Source: an uncultured Candidatus Saccharibacteria bacterium (GTDB lineage Bacteria > Patescibacteriota > Minisyncoccia > Phycocordibacterales > CAZNKJ01). From it: a stretch of DNA of 64,000 bases. Where the stretch lies: assembly GCA_964574145.1 (NCBI GenBank), contig CAZNKJ010000003.1, forward strand, positions 4,787 to 68,786, given 5' to 3'. The stretch's first letter is position 1; every line of letters starts with the position of its first letter. The position numbers and the translations under genes are program-made. The notes under the pieces were generated by a model. The model ran no database searches, had not been told where the DNA came from, and saw only the letters and a program-made list of their open reading frames with translations. Shown one piece after another: positions 17,897 through 28,010 of the stretch.

Positions 17897-20800
17897 ATGA
17901 CACACAAGAAAAATTTGGCGCTTCCACAAAAATTTTTTAGCAAATATAAAAAAGAACTTTCTCCTCTACCAAGCTTTGTAGATCCGCAGAGGGAGTCTTT
18001 TGCATGGTTTCTTAAAGAAGGACTAAAAGAAGTTTTTAAAGAGTTTTCTCCAATTTCTGATTATTCAGAAAAGAAATTTGAGCTTGAGGTTATTCGTTTT
18101 GATTTGGATAAACCAAAATTTGACGAATATTACGCAAAGGAAAATATGCTGACATATAATGTGTCACTTCGTGCTGTTGTAAAGCTTAAGAACAAAACTT
18201 TGGGTTCTGAAAAAGAGCAGGAAATTTTTCTTGCAGACGTTCCAATGATGACAGATCATGGAACTTTTATAATAAATGGTATAGAAAGAGTGATAGTGTC
18301 ACAGTTGGCTCGATCTTCCGGAGTGTTTTTCACAGCACAGGAGTTTAGAAATGATTCATATTTTGGAGCGAAAATTATTCCAGCGCGAGGGGCATGGATA
18401 GAGCTTGAAAGTGAGCCAGATGGAGCAATTTACGTAAAGATTGATCGTAAAAGAAAATTTCCAGCAACATCTCTTTTGCGTGTTTTGGGTGCGCATTTTG
18501 ATAGAGATATAATATCTCTATTTGAAAACATCCCAGGAGGGCGTCAGGTTATTAAAGACACTCTTGAGAAGGATGTGGCTACTAATCTAGATGAGTCATA
18601 TATAGAGATACACAAAAAATTAAGAGACGGAGATCCTGCTAGTATTGATAATGCAAAAGAGTTTATTAATTCAATTTTTAGCGGCGATCGATACGATTTT
18701 TCACGTGTTGGGCGGTATCATTTCAATCAACGATTTGGGAAAAGTATGGTTGATAAAGAGCTAGAGCGTCGTACTTTTTCTCTTGATGATTTAGTTATTA
18801 TTTTAGGAGAAGTCATTCGTCTTAATAGAACTCCAGGATCAAAGCCTGATGATATAGATCATTTAGGTTTTAGACGTGTGCGTTATATGGGTGAAATGCT
18901 TCAGCAAAAAGTGCGCGTTGGTCTTTCTCGTATGAAGCGTAATATTCAAGATCGTATGTCTACCGTTGATATAGAAACAACCTTACCAGTACAGTTTATC
19001 AATCCTCGACCTCTACAAGCCTCCATTAAGGAATTCTTCACTACCAACCAGCTCTCACAATTCATGCAACAGCAGAATGTGTTAACAGAATTAGAACATT
19101 TACGAACACTCTCTGCGCTTGGTCCCGGAGGACTAACAAGAGAAAGAGCGGGTTTTGAGGTTCGAGATGTTCATCCTTCTCATTACGGACGATTATGTCC
19201 AATACACACTCCAGAAGGTCCTAATATAGGACTTATTCTGCATCTAGCAACACACGCACGTCTTAATTCATTTGGGATGATTGAAACTCCATATGCTCGA
19301 GTAAAGGGAGGTAAAATTACTGGAGAAATAGAGTATTTAAATGCTCATGCAGAGGAGAAATATAGTATAGCCCATGCAGCAACTGAGTGTGATAAAGATG
19401 GACGTATTGTATTGGAGATGGTAGAAGTTCGTATTAAGGGAGAGCCAAGTTTGGTTAATCGTAATGATGTTCATTTTATGGATGTTGAGACAAATCAACC
19501 TTTTTCTATAGCTACTTCAATGATTCCTTTTGTTGAGAATGATGATGCAAACCGAGCCCTTATGGGTTCTAATATGCAGAAACAAGCTACTCCTTGTCTT
19601 TTACCTGAGGCTCCTCTTGTAGCTACAGGAATTGAAGGTAGGGCTGCTCGTGACACAGGGCGATTGATAATTTCTGGAGAAGATGGAGAGATTTCTTCTG
19701 TAGATGCTTCTCATATAGTTCTTAAGAATAAAGACGGAAAAGAGAGAGAGTATAAAATGGTCACATTTTCCCGCACAAATGATATGTCTTCTTCTCATCA
19801 ACGCCCTTTGGTTTCAAAAGGCGACAAGGTGAAAAAAGGCGACATTCTTGCTGATACGTCTTCAACTGACCAGGGACAAATAGCATTGGGACAGAATGTC
19901 AGGGTGGCTTTTATGTCTTGGTCAGGATCTAATTACGAGGACGCCATTATTATCTCAGAGAGACTAGTTAAGGATAATAAATTTACAACTCTTCATCTAG
20001 AAGAATTTAGTGTTAATGTTCGTGACACTAAGTTAGGACCTGAAGTGACCACTTATGACATTCCTAACGTGGGAGAAGCTAAACTAAAAGACCTTGATGA
20101 AGAGGGAATTATTAGAATTGGCGCTGAGGTACGTCCTGGAGATATTTTGGTTGGAAAAGTTACTCCCAAAGGAGAATCACAATTAACACCAGAAGAGAGG
20201 CTTCTGCGTTCTATTTTTGGAGAAAAGGCGAAGGATGTAAAAGATTCTTCCATGCGACTTGAGGGAGGGAAACGAGGACGTGTTATTGGTGTTAAGATTT
20301 TTTCTAGAGAAGCTGGACATAATTTAGATTCTGGAATTATTAAGCGTATACATGTGACTGTTGCTGAATTACGAAATGTTTCAGTTGGCGACAAGCTTGC
20401 AGGACGGCATGGAAACAAGGGTGTTATTTCTCGGATTCTTCCTGAGGAAGACATGCCGTATAACAAAGACGGAGAACCTATTGATCTTATTTTAACTCCT
20501 CTAGGAGTTCCATCTCGAATGAATCTCGGTCAGATTCTCGAGCTTCATTTGGGACTTGCTGCACACACACTTGGGTATCAAGCGATAGTTCCTCCATTTG
20601 CTGGTGCTTCAGAAGATGAAATTCGGAAGGAGCTTGTATTAGCTGGATTGTCAGATAGTGGGAAAATGACGTTATATGATGGTCGTACCGGAGATAAGTT
20701 TGAGCAGGATATAGCAGTTGGGTATATGTATATTTTGAAGCTACATCATATGGTTGAAGATAAGATACATATGCGTTCAATAGGTCCGTATTCACTTATT

Positions 20801-21091
20801 ACACAACAACCATTGGGAGGTAAGGCTCAGGGAGGAGGCCAACGTTTTGGAGAGATGGAAGTATGGGCTCTTCTGGGGTATGGTGCCGCTTATACTTTAC
20901 GTGAAGTTCTTACTATAAAGTCTGATGATATCGTAGGACGTTCTGCTGCATTTGATTCTATTGTTAAGGGAGAGAGGTTGTCTAAACCGCATACGCCCGC
21001 CGCGTTTAATGTGCTTTTGAATAATCTTCGTGGCTTAGCGCTTGATGTTGAATTAAAAAAATTAGAAGAAGGAGAAGACGATAACTATTAA
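17897..21091 (+). CDS. rpoB: DNA-directed RNA polymerase beta subunit
   Basis: GTFIINGIERV, RDVHPSHYGRLCP, GDKLAGRHGNKG, GQRFGEMEVWAL; start moved to MTHKKN. Confidence 0.99.
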   Translation: MTHKKNLALPQKFFSKYKKELSPLPSFVDPQRESFAWFLKEGLKEVFKEFSPISDYSEKKFELEVIRFDLDKPKFDEYYAKENMLTYNVSLRAVVKLKNKTLGSEKEQEIFLADVPMMTDHGTFIINGIERVIVSQLARSSGVFFTAQEFRNDSYFGAKIIPARGAWIELESEPDGAIYVKIDRKRKFPATSLLRVLGAHFDRDIISLFENIPGGRQVIKDTLEKDVATNLDESYIEIHKKLRDGDPASIDNAKEFINSIFSGDRYDFSRVGRYHFNQRFGKSMVDKELERRTFSLDDLVIILGEVIRLNRTPGSKPDDIDHLGFRRVRYMGEMLQQKVRVGLSRMKRNIQDRMSTVDIETTLPVQFINPRPLQASIKEFFTTNQLSQFMQQQNVLTELEHLRTLSALGPGGLTRERAGFEVRDVHPSHYGRLCPIHTPEGPNIGLILHLATHARLNSFGMIETPYARVKGGKITGEIEYLNAHAEEKYSIAHAATECDKDGRIVLEMVEVRIKGEPSLVNRNDVHFMDVETNQPFSIATSMIPFVENDDANRALMGSNMQKQATPCLLPEAPLVATGIEGRAARDTGRLIISGEDGEISSVDASHIVLKNKDGKEREYKMVTFSRTNDMSSSHQRPLVSKGDKVKKGDILADTSSTDQGQIALGQNVRVAFMSWSGSNYEDAIIISERLVKDNKFTTLHLEEFSVNVRDTKLGPEVTTYDIPNVGEAKLKDLDEEGIIRIGAEVRPGDILVGKVTPKGESQLTPEERLLRSIFGEKAKDVKDSSMRLEGGKRGRVIGVKIFSREAGHNLDSGIIKRIHVTVAELRNVSVGDKLAGRHGNKGVISRILPEEDMPYNKDGEPIDLILTPLGVPSRMNLGQILELHLGLAAHTLGYQAIVPPFAGASEDEIRKELVLAGLSDSGKMTLYDGRTGDKFEQDIAVGYMYILKLHHMVEDKIHMRSIGPYSLITQQPLGGKAQGGGQRFGEMEVWALLGYGAAYTLREVLTIKSDDIVGRSAAFDSIVKGERLSKPHTPAAFNVLLNNLRGLALDVELKKLEEGEDDNY

Positions 21092-21100
21092 TATTTTACT

Positions 21101-24100
21101 ATGCATAATTCTTCCGATAAACCGAATACAAGACCGTATGCTAAACGAGATAGTATAGACACTTTTGATGCTGTTACTATACGTATAGCATCTCCAGAGC
21201 GCATACTTGAATGGTCATATGGAGAAGTGACTAAGCCTGAGACTATTAACTACAGAACACAGCGTTCTGAGAAGAACGGTCTTTTTGATGAGCGTATTTT
21301 TGGTCCAGAGCAGGACTATGAGTGTTCTTGTAAGAAATATCGTGGCGTACGTTATAGAGGAATTGTGTGTGAAAAGTGTGGGGTTGAGGTAACGCGGTCT
21401 ATCGTTCGCCGTGAACGCATGGGGCATATTAAACTGGCAACACCAGTGTCTCACATCTGGTTTTTGCGTGGCATTCCTTCACGAATAAGTCTTCTTTTAG
21501 GTATTTCTGCTACTGAGGTTGAGAAGGTTATCTATTTTGCTGGTTACATAGTTACTTCATTAAATGAAGTTGAAAAACAAAAACTACTTAAAGAACTAGA
21601 TCAAGAATATAAAACTAAAGTAAAAGATGCTAAAGATGATAAGACAAAAACTCATCTTAAAGAACTTTTGCTTTCAACAAAGAAGGATATTGAAAGTTTG
21701 ACCCCAGGACGTGTTCTAGATGAAGTAGATTACCATAAATTTTCTGTTAAGTATGGTATTTTGTTTGAGGCTTCTATCGGTGCAGAAGCTATCTATGATA
21801 TTTTAAAGAAACTTGATTTAAAGAAGTTTGAAATAGAACTTCTTGAATCACTTGAGAAAGCAGGATCGGTTGAGCGTGTAAAACTTAATAAACGACTTTC
21901 ATTGGTACGTGGGATGGTATCTTCGCACACTCGTCCAGAATGGATGTTTTTAACAGCTGTACCTGTGATACCACCAGCGTTGCGTCCAATGGTTCCTCTT
22001 GAAGGTGGCAGACATGCAACTTCGGATGTAAATGATTTATATAGACGTGTCATTAATAGGAACAATCGTCTAAAAAAACTTTTGGATATAGGAGCTCCAG
22101 ATGTTATTTTGCGAAATGAAAAACGAATTCTTCAAGAAGCTGTAGATGCTCTTCTTGATAACTCTATACGACACGGTAACACTGCTTTTTCTGCGATGAG
22201 TCAGGCCCAGCGGCGTCCGTTGAAGTCAATATCTGATTACTTAAAGGGTAAACAGGGGTATTTTCGACAGAATTTGTTAGGAAAACGAGTAGATTATTCT
22301 GGGCGTTCTGTTATTGTGGTTGGTCCAACTCTTTCTCTTGATGAATGTGGGCTTCCAAAACATATGGCTCTTGAGCTTTTTCGGCCTTTTGTTATAGCGA
22401 AACTACTTGAAAAAGAGCTAGCATATAATATACGTGGCGCTGGGCGTTTAATTGACGAAGGTATTCCAGAGGTGTGGGCAATACTTGAAGAAGTAATAGA
22501 AGGGAAATACGTTCTCTTAAACCGCGCTCCTACACTTCATCGGCAGGGTATGCAGGCATTTCGTCCTACCTTAATTGAGGGAAATGCTATACAAGTACAT
22601 CCTTTAGTATGTCCTGCCTTTAATGCGGACTTTGATGGTGATCAAATGGCTGTTCATGTGCCCCTTTCAGAAGAGGCTCAGTATGAGGCACGGGAAATAA
22701 TGTCAGCGAATAAAAATATATTAAAGCCTGGAAACGGAGAAGTTGTTACAGCCGCGCGGCATGACATTATTCTTGGATGTTATTGGATGACACGTATTAT
22801 TGAAGGAGAAAAAGGAGAAGGTAAATTTTATCCAACTCCGAATAATGCCATTACGGCATATGATTTTGATGCAATTGGTTTTCGTACAAAAATTAAAATT
22901 CTTCCTACGGATAGTCTAAAGTATAAGGAGTTCAATGGAAAAATCTTTGAAACATCTGTCGGGCGACTATTGTTTAATTCAGTTTTGCCAAAAGAATTCC
23001 CATTTATTAATGATGAAATGACAAACAGAAAGATGACTGCCTTGGTAGATCGTCTGATTGGTGAATATGGTTTAGATGGTATCCCAAATATTCTTGATAA
23101 AATTAAAGCATTTGGTTTTAAGTATGCAACACAATCTGGTATAACGTGGAGTATTTCGGATATAAATGTTCCAGAAGGAAAAGGAAAGGTTATTGAAAAG
23201 GCTCATAGTGATAGTCTGTTGATACTGGAACAGTACAATGAGGGTTTGCTTTCTGAGGAGGAGAAAAAGAGGATAAATATAGAAATTTGGCAAAAAGCAA
23301 AAGCTGAGGTTGAACAACTGGTATCTGAATCTTTAGATGAGTTTGGCTCAGTTCATGATATGTTGGCTTCTGGCGCGCGTGGGTCTCTCAGTCAGATTGT
23401 TCAGATGTCAGGCATGAAAGGTCTCATAGCTTCAACACGAGGAGAGACTATTGAATTTCCGATTATTGCTTCAATGAAGGAGGGTTTAACCCCCATTGAA
23501 TATTTTATTACTACGCATGGATCTAGAAAAGGTCTTGCTGATACAGCGTTGCAAACTGCAAAAGCAGGGTATTTAACACGGCGACTCTTTGATGTGACTC
23601 AAGATGTCATTGTTTTGGAAGATGATTGTGGTACTAAGGTTGGAACTCTAATTGGTCGACGAAATACATTTGGTATGGAGGTACCTTTGGTTAAAAGTAT
23701 TCGAGGGCGTTATCTTAATGCTCCCGCTAAGGATAGAGATGGAAAAATTCTATTTTCCAAAGGACACTTTCTTTCTTTGGAAGATGCAGAGAAAATAGAA
23801 TCATCTGGTATTGAAGAAGTGTCAGTTCGTACCCCAATGGCGTGTAAATCAACGGCTGGAATTTGTAAGACTTGTTATGGAGCGGATCTAACCACTATGG
23901 AGCCAGTCTATCTCGGTGAGGCGGTAGGTACTGTAGCCGCACAAGCTATTGGTGAACCTGGAACACAGCTAACTATGCGTACTTTCCATGCTGGAGGGAC
24001 CGCGTCTGTTGGAGGAGATATTACGCAAGGACTACCGCGTGTTGAGGAGATTTTTGAAAAACGAATTCCTAAAAATGCTGCTGCCATAGCTCGTATATCA

Positions 24101-24817
24101 GGAGTAGTTTCTGAAATAAGAAAAGAAGGACAAGATAGGATTATTATTCTTACTCCGGATGTTAGTGAGAAAACGGCTGGTAAAAGTAAAAAGAATATAG
24201 AATACCCAGTACATTTTCGCAGGATGATTCTTGTAAAAATTGGAGATAATGTAGAAAAAGGTGATTTGCTTACAGATGGATCTGCGGAAATCCCAGCACT
24301 CTTTAAGTATGCTGGTCGTGAGTGTGCTCAGGAATACATTATAGGTGAGATTAGTAAAATCTATGAACTTCAAGGGGCTTCTATTTCACGAAAACATATA
24401 GAGGTTATTATTAAGCAAATGTTTTCTCGACGTAAAATCAAATCTCCTGGCGATACTTCATTTACTACTGGAGAGGTTGTTGAAGAACGTGAGTTTGTTG
24501 AAGAAAATATACGTGCTGAAGAGAACAAAGATGAACCTGCAACAGCAGAAGAGCTTGTATTAGGGATAACGGAGGTGTCTCTTTCTCGTAAAAGTTTTCT
24601 TTCTGCAGCTTCGTTTCAACATACAACAAAAATACTTATTAACGCTGCTGTTCGTGGAAGAGTTGATAAATTACGAGGGTTGAAAGAAAATATTATTATT
24701 GGACGTTTGATTCCTGCTGGAACGGGGTATAGCAAAAGCCCTAAAGCACAAAAAATAGCAGATCTTCAGAAGGAGCTTGATAACAAAGGAACTACTCAAA
24801 CCAAGGAAGTAGGATAG
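21101..24817 (+). CDS. rpoC: DNA-directed RNA polymerase beta' subunit
   Basis: NADFDGDQM catalytic motif, zinc-binding Cys, [13 protein letters not shown]. Confidence 0.99.
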   Translation: MHNSSDKPNTRPYAKRDSIDTFDAVTIRIASPERILEWSYGEVTKPETINYRTQRSEKNGLFDERIFGPEQDYECSCKKYRGVRYRGIVCEKCGVEVTRSIVRRERMGHIKLATPVSHIWFLRGIPSRISLLLGISATEVEKVIYFAGYIVTSLNEVEKQKLLKELDQEYKTKVKDAKDDKTKTHLKELLLSTKKDIESLTPGRVLDEVDYHKFSVKYGILFEASIGAEAIYDILKKLDLKKFEIELLESLEKAGSVERVKLNKRLSLVRGMVSSHTRPEWMFLTAVPVIPPALRPMVPLEGGRHATSDVNDLYRRVINRNNRLKKLLDIGAPDVILRNEKRILQEAVDALLDNSIRHGNTAFSAMSQAQRRPLKSISDYLKGKQGYFRQNLLGKRVDYSGRSVIVVGPTLSLDECGLPKHMALELFRPFVIAKLLEKELAYNIRGAGRLIDEGIPEVWAILEEVIEGKYVLLNRAPTLHRQGMQAFRPTLIEGNAIQVHPLVCPAFNADFDGDQMAVHVPLSEEAQYEAREIMSANKNILKPGNGEVVTAARHDIILGCYWMTRIIEGEKGEGKFYPTPNNAITAYDFDAIGFRTKIKILPTDSLKYKEFNGKIFETSVGRLLFNSVLPKEFPFINDEMTNRKMTALVDRLIGEYGLDGIPNILDKIKAFGFKYATQSGITWSISDINVPEGKGKVIEKAHSDSLLILEQYNEGLLSEEEKKRINIEIWQKAKAEVEQLVSESLDEFGSVHDMLASGARGSLSQIVQMSGMKGLIASTRGETIEFPIIASMKEGLTPIEYFITTHGSRKGLADTALQTAKAGYLTRRLFDVTQDVIVLEDDCGTKVGTLIGRRNTFGMEVPLVKSIRGRYLNAPAKDRDGKILFSKGHFLSLEDAEKIESSGIEEVSVRTPMACKSTAGICKTCYGADLTTMEPVYLGEAVGTVAAQAIGEPGTQLTMRTFHAGGTASVGGDITQGLPRVEEIFEKRIPKNAAAIARISGVVSEIRKEGQDRIIILTPDVSEKTAGKSKKNIEYPVHFRRMILVKIGDNVEKGDLLTDGSAEIPALFKYAGRECAQEYIIGEISKIYELQGASISRKHIEVIIKQMFSRRKIKSPGDTSFTTGEVVEEREFVEENIRAEENKDEPATAEELVLGITEVSLSRKSFLSAASFQHTTKILINAAVRGRVDKLRGLKENIIIGRLIPAGTGYSKSPKAQKIADLQKELDNKGTTQTKEVG

Positions 24818-24883
24818 AATTTTCTTTGTTGGCCAGTCGTCTATAAGTTTTTGTGTTTAAGTGGGTGTAACAGATGAAAGTTC

Positions 24884-26605
24884 ATGTCTACTCATGTGGA
24901 GCAAATTAAAGAAAGGTTGGGTATTGTAGATGTAGTGTCTTCCTATATAAAGCTTGAAAAAGCAGGAGCAAATTTCCGTGCCAGATGTCCCTTCCATAAT
25001 GAAAAGACACCTTCTTTTTTCGTGTCTCCTTCCAGAAGCTCTTATTATTGTTTCGGATGTGGTGTAAAAGGAGATATTTTTAGTTTCGTAGAAGGTTTTG
25101 AAGGTACCGATTTCAAGGGAGCGCTAAAGACTCTTGCAAAGCGCGCTGGTGTTGAGCTAGCACCAATTAATAAAAAAGACGAAGATCGAAGGGCGCGTTT
25201 GTTCAATGCCTTGGAAGACGCAACTTTATTTTTTGAAAAAAATCTACAAACTTCTAAAGAAGCGCATTCATATTTGCTTAGTCGAGGTATTACAAAAAAT
25301 ACTATTACAACATGGCGTCTAGGATATGCATTACCTGAATGGAGGTCACTATATTCATATCTTACTAACAAAGGATATACAGAGAAAGAGCTCTTAGAGG
25401 CTGGTCTTATAAAACGTTCGGAAAAGGGTAGTGGTTATTACGATAGGTTTCGTGGTCGAGTAATGTTTCCTATTATGGATGCAGCCGAGCGTGTGATTGC
25501 ATATTCAGGACGAATACTTCCAGATAAAGGAAATTCTGAATATAAAGAGGATTCAGCAAAATATATAAACAGTCCAGAAACGGATTTATATGAAAAATCT
25601 AGAGTATTGTATGGGTATAGTTTTGCTAAAAATACAATACGAAAACATAATTTTTCCATTTTAGTTGAAGGGCAAATGGATGTAGTTCTTTCAAACCAAG
25701 CAGGATATACGAATACAGTAGCGGTTTCAGGCACAGCCTTAACGGCAGATCAGCTTTTACTTATTGCGCGTTTATCCAATAATGTTGTTGTTGCTTTTGA
25801 TGGTGACGTGGCTGGGATTTCAGCAGGAGGGCGTGGTATTGATTTAGCTCTTTCTAGAGGGATGGATGTTAAGGTGGCAGCATTAGAGAAAGGGAAAGAT
25901 CCAGCAGATCTAATAAAAGAAGATGTAGATATTTGGAAACAGGCTGTACGGTCTGCAAAGCATGTAATAGACTTTTATCTTGAGTATTTAAGTGGGATAC
26001 ATACTGATATGCGCAAGTTGCGTCTTGCTGTGGAAAAAATAGTAATTCCGTATGTTACGCATATACCAAATAAAATTGACCAAGCTCATTTTGTGGGAAA
26101 CATAGCCTCAAGTCTTAAAATAGCTGAAGAACCTGTTTGGGATTCTGTACGATCTTTTGACAAGGTACGAAATACTTCTGAAGAAGTCATAAAGACTAAC
26201 ACAAATAAAGATCTAATTTCTCGTCCAGACCTTATAGAAAAACGTTTGTTATCTGTACTTCTTTGGCAGGAAGGTTTAACAGAAGATGAACGAAATCTAG
26301 ATATAGAAAAATTGCGTTTGAGACTCTCTGAGATAATAGGAGAAGAATTCCTTAAGGAAAAAATTAGAGACTTCATAGATATGGGAGATGGTTATTTGTT
26401 TGAAATAGAGAGGTTGTATGGTGAGATAGAAAATCTTGAAAGAGAAGTGGAGGAACTATGTTCTGGGCTTAGTGCGGAGCGCTTAAAAGACGATTATCGT
26501 TCAGCTCTAAAGGATTTAAAAGTAGCTGAAGAAACAGGGGATACCAAGGTAGTTGAAAAAGCGTTAAAGCGCTGCCGAGAGCTGTCTGAGATGTTGCGCA
26601 CGTGA
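24884..26605 (+). CDS. dnaG: DNA primase
   Basis: CPFHNEKTPSF zinc finger, KYINSPET, VEGQMDV, FDGDVAG TOPRIM. Confidence 0.98.
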   Translation: MSTHVEQIKERLGIVDVVSSYIKLEKAGANFRARCPFHNEKTPSFFVSPSRSSYYCFGCGVKGDIFSFVEGFEGTDFKGALKTLAKRAGVELAPINKKDEDRRARLFNALEDATLFFEKNLQTSKEAHSYLLSRGITKNTITTWRLGYALPEWRSLYSYLTNKGYTEKELLEAGLIKRSEKGSGYYDRFRGRVMFPIMDAAERVIAYSGRILPDKGNSEYKEDSAKYINSPETDLYEKSRVLYGYSFAKNTIRKHNFSILVEGQMDVVLSNQAGYTNTVAVSGTALTADQLLLIARLSNNVVVAFDGDVAGISAGGRGIDLALSRGMDVKVAALEKGKDPADLIKEDVDIWKQAVRSAKHVIDFYLEYLSGIHTDMRKLRLAVEKIVIPYVTHIPNKIDQAHFVGNIASSLKIAEEPVWDSVRSFDKVRNTSEEVIKTNTNKDLISRPDLIEKRLLSVLLWQEGLTEDERNLDIEKLRLRLSEIIGEEFLKEKIRDFIDMGDGYLFEIERLYGEIENLEREVEELCSGLSAERLKDDYRSALKDLKVAEETGDTKVVEKALKRCRELSEMLRT

Positions 26606-26657
26606 TATATAAATATTGGATCAATTTATTAGAACAGTTAATTATTTTTTTAAAGAT

Positions 26658-27935
26658 ATGGTAAAGAAAAAAAGTAAGAATAAAAAAAAGGTGGTAAAAA
26701 AGAGCTTAGTAAAGCGGACTTCTTCTGTACGTACAAAAAAAACAAAAACTAAACCAAAATCAAAGAAAAAAGTATCTCTAAAGAAAAAACCTCGTTCTTC
26801 ACATGTTAAGAAAGCTAGTTCAGTAAAGAAAAAAACAACAAAAAAGAAAGTTGATAAACGAGCCAGATTGCTTGAAGAAAAAGCAAAACGTTTGATGGCA
26901 AAAGGGCGAGAGCGTGGTTATGTGACATATGATGAGATTCTTAAAGAGTTTCCCACAATTGAGGAAAATATTGTTTTTCTTGAAGATCTTTATGAACGAT
27001 TCAATGTTGCCAGTATAGACGTTTTGGAAGGCGGAGGTTTATTGGATAGCTCAGATTCTAAACCTGTACGCAAGAATGAGTATCGTAGAGGAGAATCTGT
27101 ATCCACTCATGATTCAATCCAAATGTATTTACGCGAGATAGGCCAATATCCTTTGTTGGTGGCCCAAGAAGAGCGAGATCTAGCTAAACGAATTACAGAG
27201 GGTGATTTTGAGGCGAAAAACTTGCTTGCTCGTGCGAACTTACGCCTCGTTGTATCAATTGCAAAACGTTATGTAGGAAGAAGTCCCGACTTAACTCTCC
27301 TTGACCTAATACAGGAAGGAAATATAGGTTTATTTAAGGCGGTTGATAAATTTGACTACACAAAAGGGTATAAGTTCTCAACATATGCAACGTGGTGGAT
27401 TCGTCAAGCTATTACACGAGCTTTAGCCGATCAATCTCGGACGATTCGTATACCAGTACATATGGTTGAGACTATTGCAAAGTATAAGCAGGTAGTACGA
27501 CGTCTTTCTCAAGATCTTGGCCGTGATCCTCTTCAGGAAGAGATAGCTACTGAGATGGGGGTTGACGTTGAAAAGATTTACAATATTGAAAAGATTAATC
27601 AAGATACTATTTCTCTTGAAAATCCTGTTGGAGATAGTGATGATGAAAAATCCACACTAGGTAATTTTATTAAGGATGACAAAATTCCTTCTCCAGATCA
27701 AGAATCTTCACGAAGAATCTTAGCAGATCAGATAGATGAAATTTTAAATGATCTGTCTCCAAAAGAACGCAAAATCTTAGCATTACGAAACGGTCTTGAG
27801 GATGGTATTTATCATACCCTTGAAGAAGTTGGACAAGAGTTTGGTGTAACACGTGAACGTATCAGACAGATTGAAGCAAAAGCATTGGAGAAAATTCGTA
27901 CTCACGGCAAATCTGGTCGCCTAAAGAATTATTAA
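26658..27935 (+). CDS. rpoD: Primary sigma factor RpoD with Lys-rich N-terminal extension
   Basis: [47 protein letters not shown]; follows dnaG. Confidence 0.97.
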   Translation: MVKKKSKNKKKVVKKSLVKRTSSVRTKKTKTKPKSKKKVSLKKKPRSSHVKKASSVKKKTTKKKVDKRARLLEEKAKRLMAKGRERGYVTYDEILKEFPTIEENIVFLEDLYERFNVASIDVLEGGGLLDSSDSKPVRKNEYRRGESVSTHDSIQMYLREIGQYPLLVAQEERDLAKRITEGDFEAKNLLARANLRLVVSIAKRYVGRSPDLTLLDLIQEGNIGLFKAVDKFDYTKGYKFSTYATWWIRQAITRALADQSRTIRIPVHMVETIAKYKQVVRRLSQDLGRDPLQEEIATEMGVDVEKIYNIEKINQDTISLENPVGDSDDEKSTLGNFIKDDKIPSPDQESSRRILADQIDEILNDLSPKERKILALRNGLEDGIYHTLEEVGQEFGVTRERIRQIEAKALEKIRTHGKSGRLKNY

Positions 27936-28010
27936 TCGAATAACAGAAGTCTGGTTTTTGACGGTTATAAGATTTTCAATCTTTATTTTTGTGTATGTTA
28001 TTATAGCTAT

